NCBI GenBank assembly: GCA_002269645.1
Contig: NIVC01000211.1
Location: forward strand, 62,001-126,000
Origin: Macrostomum lignano
Taxonomy: Eukaryota
DNA: 64,000 nt
Direction of reading: 5' to 3'
Shown here piece by piece: positions 57,091 through 64,000 of this stretch (within the stretch, counting starts at the first letter, position 1; each line of letters begins with the position of its first letter). The notes under the pieces are model-generated. The model ran no database searches. It worked only from the letters and a program-made list of their open reading frames with translations, and was not told the DNA's origin. Both the position numbers and the translations under genes were made by a program.

Positions 57091-58099
57091 ACAGAGGCAA
57101 GAGTTTGCCAATATATGTTTTAAAGTCAGACAGACATTGCCTAATATTCTGCTGCACCCCAGCCAACAAGATCAATGCTTGCCTCAAATTTTAATTTTAC
57201 ACAAATATGCTCTATTTTATGTTTACCTCTATCCTACTAACTATTAACAAGTTTTTGTTTGCATGTGACTTTAGATTTTGTAATACATGCATTTAAAATA
57301 AATAATTCCAGGGGTTAGAATTCCCAGGGTTCAAAATCTGCGGGTTTCAACAGCTTGTAAAATAATATAAGTACTACCCCAATCTATAGAAAGAAAGGTA
57401 TTGATAGACATTTCTATTGTATATTAGCCCTACTTATCTGGTAGGCCTAGCATAAATAGAAATTTATTGAAGGAGGCAGATTTTGCACAATAAATACCTA
57501 GGGAGGAGATAGAGACTAGAGAGGATGGCTTTGTGTCTATATTTTGGCAAAAATTTGCTTGTTCTTCCCCTTGAATTTTTGGTCTTTGCCTAAGAGAAGA
57601 GGCAATTGTTCCCCCTGGTTGTGCCACTATACTTCCCAGTGGAAAAAAATGGCTCAGGCCACCGGTGGCCATTCGATGGCCAGTTGGCCTTATGGTGGCC
57701 ATTACAAAAACTTATGTATGCCCCTATTTGACATTATAACACCATTATAGGTATCTGCTTTGTCAATTATCACATCGTTTAACATAAAAATGCGAGATAA
57801 TTCAACCTCGGCAAATGCATGGCACTTCTTCGGCTTGGCCATATAGGAGGCAAAGCGCTGGTCATGCCGCGGCCAAACTGTCTGCAAACCAGTCATACTA
57901 CTCATAGTAGACAACTAGGTATGCGGAGATATTTGTATAAAATTTATTTATTTTAGAGAAATGAGAAAATAATAATTTTCTCAATTTGAGATTGTGGCAG
58001 CTGAGGCAAACATCCAAGTGGAGTGCTAATCTGGGCGGAGTGCTGGTAATCTGAGGGTGGGTGGTGCTAATCTGGGGGAGTAATGCTGGGCTGGGGGAT

Positions 58100-58367
58100 G
58101 CTTGCTATCTGGGCTGGGCGGATGCTTGCTATCAGGGAATGCTTGCTATCAGGGGATGCTTGCTATCAGGGGATGCTTGCTATCAGGGAATGCTTGCTAT
58201 CAGGGGATGCTTGCTATCAGGGAATGCTTGCTATCAGGGAATGCTTGCTATCAGGGAATGCTTGCTATCAGGGAATGCTTGCTATCAGGGAATGCTTGCT
58301 ATCAGGGGATGCTTGCTACGAGCTGTACCAGGAAATGCTTGCTATCAGGGGATGCTTGCTATCTGCG
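58100..58367. repeat. 17-bp minisatellite (ATGCTTGCTATCAGGG(G/A)), continuing degenerately after 59598
   Basis: About 15 copies, interrupted by the MITE at 58368. Confidence 0.93.
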
Positions 58368-59590
58368 CAGGGGTGTCAGAACCGGGGGAGGGGGCACAAG
58401 GGGGCTGAAGCCCCCCACTTTTTTGCATGATCCTCCAAATGCCCTTTTTGAATTTCAAGCAAATGTCATCCAGTTTTCGGCTTTGGCTTTAGTGAGTCTT
58501 GGAAGCAAAGGGTACCAGCTGATATAATAGTTCATGTTCAGTTTTTATCTAATGTGCCTAAGCCTAGTGCTTTTAGTGCAAGGATCAGCAAACTTTTTAC
58601 CTCAAGGGCCAGATTGAGAACAGCGCATGACTGCCCTTCTGGGTCCGCTTTGCTGGGCCCCATAAGCAAAATGCGTGCCCAGGAGTCCCTGATGACTGCG
58701 GGCTATAGGGAGAGAGGATAGGGAATAGAGACGAGAAATACGAGCGCAGGAGAAAGGAGAAGTGAAAGAAAAAAAGAGAAGAGAGATAAAATAGGAGAGG
58801 AGAGAGGAGAGGGGCAATGAATGAGGAGAGGAGAGTTGAAATATATGAGAGAGGAGAGAAGGGAGAAGAGAATGGAGAGGAAATAGGAGATGAGAGGAGA
58901 GGAGAGAGGTGAGAGGAAGGAGAGAGGTGAGAGGAGAGGAGAGAGTTGAGAGGAGATAAGAGAGGTGAGAGGAGATGAGAGGACAGGAGAGAGGTGAGGA
59001 GAGAAGAGGAGAGGACAGGAGAATTGAGAAGACAGAGGTGAGAGAAGAGAGAGGTGAGAGAAGAGAGAGGTGAGGGAAGAGAGCTGAGAAGAGACAAAAA
59101 CATTGAGTGGGCCGGATTGCTATTGTGAGGTTTCAAAGGACGGGCCAGATAGAGAGGCTTTGCGGGCCGGGCCACATTTGGCCCTCAGGCCGGAGTTTGT
59201 CAACCCCTGTTTTAGTAGCTCGTAAAAGCACTAAAAAGCCGTCAGATAAAAGAATAAAGAGTCAGCGCCAAGAGGAACTGAGGAAGGCAGTCAAAAGATC
59301 CAGAAAATTACTGGTCTTGCCCTGGCAATTTTCATTCATTTGAGATATTTACTAAATAAATTAATAGTGCAGTGCAGTTGCGTAATGTTTGAATTAATTG
59401 AAAATTCGAACATTTTTCAGACTTTTGGACACTTTCAATTCAACACAGAATTGAATATTGGCCTGGTTGTCACAATGTAACGAACTGACATAACAGCCAG
59501 AGTTTGTGTGCCCTTAGATTAAAAAAACCATGTGCAATGTGCCTTCCCACTAATAGCCCCCCCACTTTGAAATATGTTCCGACACCGCTG
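58368..59590. mobile_element. hAT-type MITE (outer element, ~584 bp without its nested insert)
   Basis: TIRs CAGGGGTGTCAGAAC / GTTCCGACACCGCTG (13/15). Perfect 8-bp TSD TATCTGCG at 58360-58367 and 59591-59598. Confidence 0.9.
58579..59209. mobile_element. hAT-type MITE, 631 bp, nested, carrying a GA-rich tract (~58707-59097)
   Basis: Ends CAAGGATCAGCAAACT / AGTTTGTCAACCCCTG (imperfect TIR). TSD TTTTAGTG (58571-58578) / TTTTAGTA (59210-59217), 7/8. Confidence 0.8.
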
Positions 59591-61024
59591 TATCTGCGGT
59601 ATGCTTGCTGTCTTGGGGATGTTTTCTATTTAGGGGGAATGTCTATTATTTTTGAGAAAGCTTTATTTCATTGTCTTTTTGTTCCTTTTAGAAAAAAGAG
59701 ATTCAAAGCAAACATCTTTGTCCATGACAATTTCACTCAAATAAGGTGATTTATAAAGCTGAAGAAGGAATTGATTCTTAAGAAAATGCGCTTTGGATGG
59801 CTTTGCATGAATAATTTTTTGCTCCTTGCTTATTGGGCAACCCGAAGGGGGCACTAGATTGCTAGTATATGTGAGCGTACATGTAGGTTAAAAATGTTAG
59901 TGACAATTTGATGCAAAAAGCCTTTAGCATCTGCTGGTCAGAAACTCCAAAACAAGTGCTTCAAGTTCCTATCTCTTTATCTGTCTCGTTCTGTTCCTCT
60001 ATCGCTCTCCCCATCCATCTCTCCCTTCTCAAACTTTTCCAAATTTTTTGACATCTGCTCTGCCATATGTATCCATCTGCCCAATAAGTATGAGGGCCGA
60101 GTGGCAAAATTTATCAATGCAGAAGCTTTGAAACTCCAAGTCAGAGGCAGTCTAGTTGTATGCGCTATAAGCATAGAAATGGGGATACTAGGAGTGGGCC
60201 TGTCACCACTAGCCCTGTCCACAAAGTTAGTGAACAAAGGCAGACCGGGGAAGGGGGCATTGCAAATAAATTCTACTAAGGGTATCGGTATCCCCCATAG
60301 TATATTTTTTGCTGTTGGGCAGATGTTATCTCTAGACAAGCTTGCAAAAAGTGGAAGAATAATAATATTTAGCAAAATTTAGCAAAAAGCTTATTAATAT
60401 TTATGCTGGTAGAAGGAGCATACACATAACAGACTAGGGACTGAGTGGGGGATTGTGGCCGGAGGCTTGAGAGAGAAGGGAAGGGAGGAAAGGAAGTAGG
60501 GGGAAAAACCACACTCGAACACAAACTTGTAAAAGAAACTTGCTTGGGCGTGATTGTATCCAATACGAATGATTTATGTGATAACTTGAATATGAATTAA
60601 ATGCCACAGTGTTTGTCAGTCCCAAATATGAATGGTATGACTGCTCTGGTTCTTAGTCCCACCCCGATTGAACCAACTTTGATTGAAGACTCTTGCCTTC
60701 GTAGATCGTTATTGCTCCCTTCTTTCTTTTCACAATAAAAAACAAACAACTGTTTGTGCTTTTAGTTTAAGCTTTTCTTCCTCGTCTCTTATCTCCGCCC
60801 AGGGCATGTCTAGCCAACATACGGGCTTCCCCTATTTCATCGGTCCCTGATTTTGCTTACTGGTACTCTTTCCAGATTGGACGGCCCTGAAAAGACTATA
60901 CACCATCTCTCAATCCTTATATTTTTCTATCTAGCCTTGCTAGATTTGCCTAGAAAACCCATTTGCCACCTTTCTTAGGCTTTCCATACATCTAATAACC
61001 ATTTGAAGCAGACTTAAGTTTACC

Positions 61025-63025
61025 ATGAACAGAAATAATCTAAACCGAAAGGTGAGAACAGAGATCCAGAGATCCATGGCAAGAGATATGGAAGAGTTGG
61101 AGCCAGCCGAAACTGCCGAGCAAGATATTACAGCAGCACAGCTGAGCAATGCCACTGCTACTAGCACACCACTGCCACTGGATTCCGAGGCGATGGAGAT
61201 CGACAACTTCCGGCTAATGGAAGAAGCGGATTTCTGCGAAGCTTTGGCTCAAGATCAAGATGCCAAGGAGCCTGCATGCTGTTTTGATGAGGATCTGGAT
61301 CTACTCAGACACCGATAGTGACTCGGACGAGCCTAAGAGAAAGGGCTTGGACACCCTAAACGACGCCCTGGTTCAATACATGCTCTTGTTTCAGGCCACT
61401 GAATTTCGCCTTTTTCTACTATTCGAGCAGGAATGAAATTTTTGCTTGATAAATTGCACTGCCATGGCCTTCCTATTGCTTCATCATTATACCGGCTTTT
61501 GAAGGGCGCTAATTTGTCCAGAGGGCTCAATATGCATCCATTGAGCCAAGGACAGTTTGCCTATCTGTCTATCAAGAAAAATCTGGCCGACTTAATAAAA
61601 AAGAACCTATTGGATCTGAAGAGCACAAAAACTCTATCTAATGGAGAAACTGTGCATACATTTGAAGTGACAGTTAACGTAGATGGCATGCCTGTCTATA
61701 AGTCTTCCAACTTCCAAATTTGGCCCATTTTTATGAAGATCAGCGGTTTCACTTGGCCCTTCCTAGTGGCTGTGTTTGCCGGCTTGAGCAAACCACCGCT
61801 ACATGAGTACTTCAGTGACTTCTGCAGCGAAATCAAAGGTTTTCTATCCACCTCTGTCGAAGTGCTTCACTTAAACGTGCATTTCCACAGTATTAGGTTT
61901 GTCTGTGATGCTCCGGCCAGAGCCTTCATCTGCAAGGTCATGGGCCACAACTCACTTGTCGGATGCAACTACTGCCGAGCCAGAGGAAAAGTGGTGAACA
62001 GAACAGTTGTTTACCCGACGCGAGCTAGTGATAGCTGCACCACTGAGGGGTATCTGAGCCAACAGGAGTCCAACATGAAGGAAGGACCAACATCTCCACT
62101 TCTGCATCTCCCAGGAGTCTGTTTCGTCAAAAATTTTCCTATTGACTATCAATATCTGGTCTGTCTGGGAATTCTTCGCCGTATCTTCCACTATCTGTTC
62201 TACTCCAATGAAGGCAGAAACTGCAAGCTTTGTGCTGCAGAGATCAAGGAGCTGTCGGACCAAATTCAAGAATGTGTGCCCTACACTCCGTCTAACTTTC
62301 AGCGTCAACCACAACGTCTAGACACAGAATTAAAGCACTTCAAGGCCACTGAATTTCGCCTTTTTCTACTATACCTCAGACCCTACCTGTTTCGAAAATA
62401 TCTTCCCACTAACATTTTCAAGCATTTCATGCTACTGCATTTTGCTATCTATGTATTTTGCACTGACAGGCTGTCTCACTTACATGCTCATGCAAAAAGG
62501 TGCCTCGAAATTTTTGTTGAGCAGGCTAAATTAATTTATGGTGAAATGGCTACAACATATAACATGCATATTTTGCTGCATTTGCATGAATTTGTCGCAC
62601 AGTATGGTAATCTTTCGAATTTTTCTACCTTCCTATTTGAGAACTATTTGTCAAACATTAAAAGAAGGATACGTGTAACACGTTTTGCATCAGCTCATAT
62701 TTTAAATCAGATCTTGGTTGCAAGCGATACGCTAACCAGTGATCCAATTTGGCCTATGTACTACTCAAGCATGAGACCTAATAACTGTTGTACTATTGGA
62801 AGTAATGTGGTCCGGATCCTTTCAATTGCTAATAATTCTGTTACTGGGGTGATTTTGAAGTTTCAACAGCCATTGTATACTTTTCCATACTCATTTGACA
62901 TTTTATCAATTGGCTTCTATAATGATACACGTGTAGTGATTACCGGTGCACCCACAGGCAAATGTTTCCTAATCCCACAGAAGGGATCCTATGTTGTTAT
63001 TCCTCTATGTGGCAATGATATCTAA
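61025..63025 (+). mobile_element. CACTA/EnSpm (CMC)-type transposase, 5' end disrupted by frameshifts
   Basis: ORF 61433-63025 has NVDG…QIWPI, FVCDAPARAF…GHN…GCNYC, FQRQP…HFKATEFRLFLLY, YNMHILLHL and F.FENY, as in animal EnSpm transposases. The upstream acidic N-terminus (61025-61432) is broken by two frame changes. TIRs not identified. Confidence 0.8.
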
Positions 63026-63415
63026 GCCCATATCTGCTCTTCGGTATGTGAACCCTTTTAAATGCTTGTTTTTGCTGTCGACTTGACTTAGCTACAGGGC
63101 GGTCCTTGCCTGTGGATAAGTTTGTCAAGAACTTTTGCCCTGACAGAGTCACTCGCCATCTGAATGGAGCATGAGGGAGGAGAAGCAGAGCGAACCAGAA
63201 GAGAGGAAAATTTCAGACGAAGCCTTAGGGCTTAGGTAGAAGGAGGCCTTACGCTATTGGCTTTTGGATTGTGGGGAATTTTGCACCACCCCACCAGCTA
63301 TTTAGATGCTGTTTTATAGGTCAGTTCATGCATTGCACCAAATTTGTCAGACTCTCACGTCATACTATATCTGCCTACTCACTCAGGTGTTTCCAATCTG
63401 CTTTTATTGCTAGCC

Positions 63416-63605
63416 ATGAAGTACATAGTGATTTTCCACGATGACCTCAAAATCATCGAGGCAAATGCAGAAGATGTTTTTCTAGGACAATACCAGAATT
63501 GGACAGAAGAAGACTGGAAAAAGATCACACTTAGAAGTCCTACACCTATAGTGGTGCAAGTTCTGTATGAAGAAAACCGATACGAGGCGACACTGCTGCA
63601 GGCAA
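63416..63605 (+). CDS. Probable first exon of the second (accessory) gene of the CACTA element
   Basis: ATG at 63416, MKYIVIFHDDLKII…WTEEDW…YEATLLQA. Same strand, about 390 nt after the transposase stop. No firm homology. Confidence 0.35.
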
Positions 63606-64000
63606 GTTGCAACACATTGTTAATTGTATTCTTTACATGATTGTTGACATCAGTTCTACTTAGGGCAATTTGGCTGATTTTCTCATTGGTGTGTAGCTTG
63701 AGCTAACTGTTAATGACAGATGGTAAGACGTAAGTGAAATAAGAAAAGCAAGAGTGAGATAGAGGACTGGGAATGAGAGGGGAAGAATAGAATTAAAGAA
63801 CTAAGTGGAGTAAAGAAGCAGGGTAGCGTGAGCTGGTTCAGTACGATGGAGAACAGGACAAGTCAAAGTGATAGAATTAAGTTTAAAGATTTGAAGAGGG
63901 AAGGACTAAAGTTTATATTATGGATAGAGACGTTCTGCACTTAAATATCAATTATAAGGCTTTTAACACTTGAACACATTTAAGGTTGTGCCTGATGATT

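Noticed and set aside
56562-57247. Short ORFs around the GA tract
   Set aside because: Low-complexity or unassignable; no splice support.
57430-57914. Possible transposase fragment with GGCC-rich palindromes
   Set aside because: Similarity too weak to assign; no TIR or TSD found.

Overview
Eukaryotic (animal) genomic DNA: GC-rich exons, AT-rich spacers, and introns filled with minisatellite arrays. This style resembles the free-living flatworm Macrostomum, but that is an inference and I cannot confirm the species. Six host genes can be built from ORFs plus splice signals. (1) An orphan single-pass membrane protein (3327-3797, -). (2) A 9-exon, ~1530-aa gene (10672-21408, +) in which two tandem NAB-type NCD2 domains are spliced in frame to a complete LRWD1/ORCA (LRR + WD40). 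(3) A secreted PAN/Apple + LamG-like protein (23158-24939, -). (4) A 14-exon, 1000-aa kinesin-3 of the KIF28/KLP-6 type (26307-36205, -), whose first intron is a U12-type AT-AC intron and whose C-terminus is a CaaX box (CVLQ). (5) An intronless class A orphan GPCR (39651-41015, -). (6) A 3-exon pirin carrying a 1-nt frameshift (50392-54681, -). Mobile DNA comprises two defective mariner elements, five hAT-type MITEs with 8-bp TSDs plus a degenerate sixth (several nested), a probable tRNA-derived SINE, a LINE RNase H relic and a CACTA/EnSpm-type transposase. About 30 tandem arrays are present, and several monomers recur in different introns. The main leads are the NCD2-NCD2-LRWD1 fusion, the AT-AC minor intron and the prenylation-type kinesin tail. 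All domain calls are from remembered family motifs; no database search was run. Repeat boundaries are approximate.
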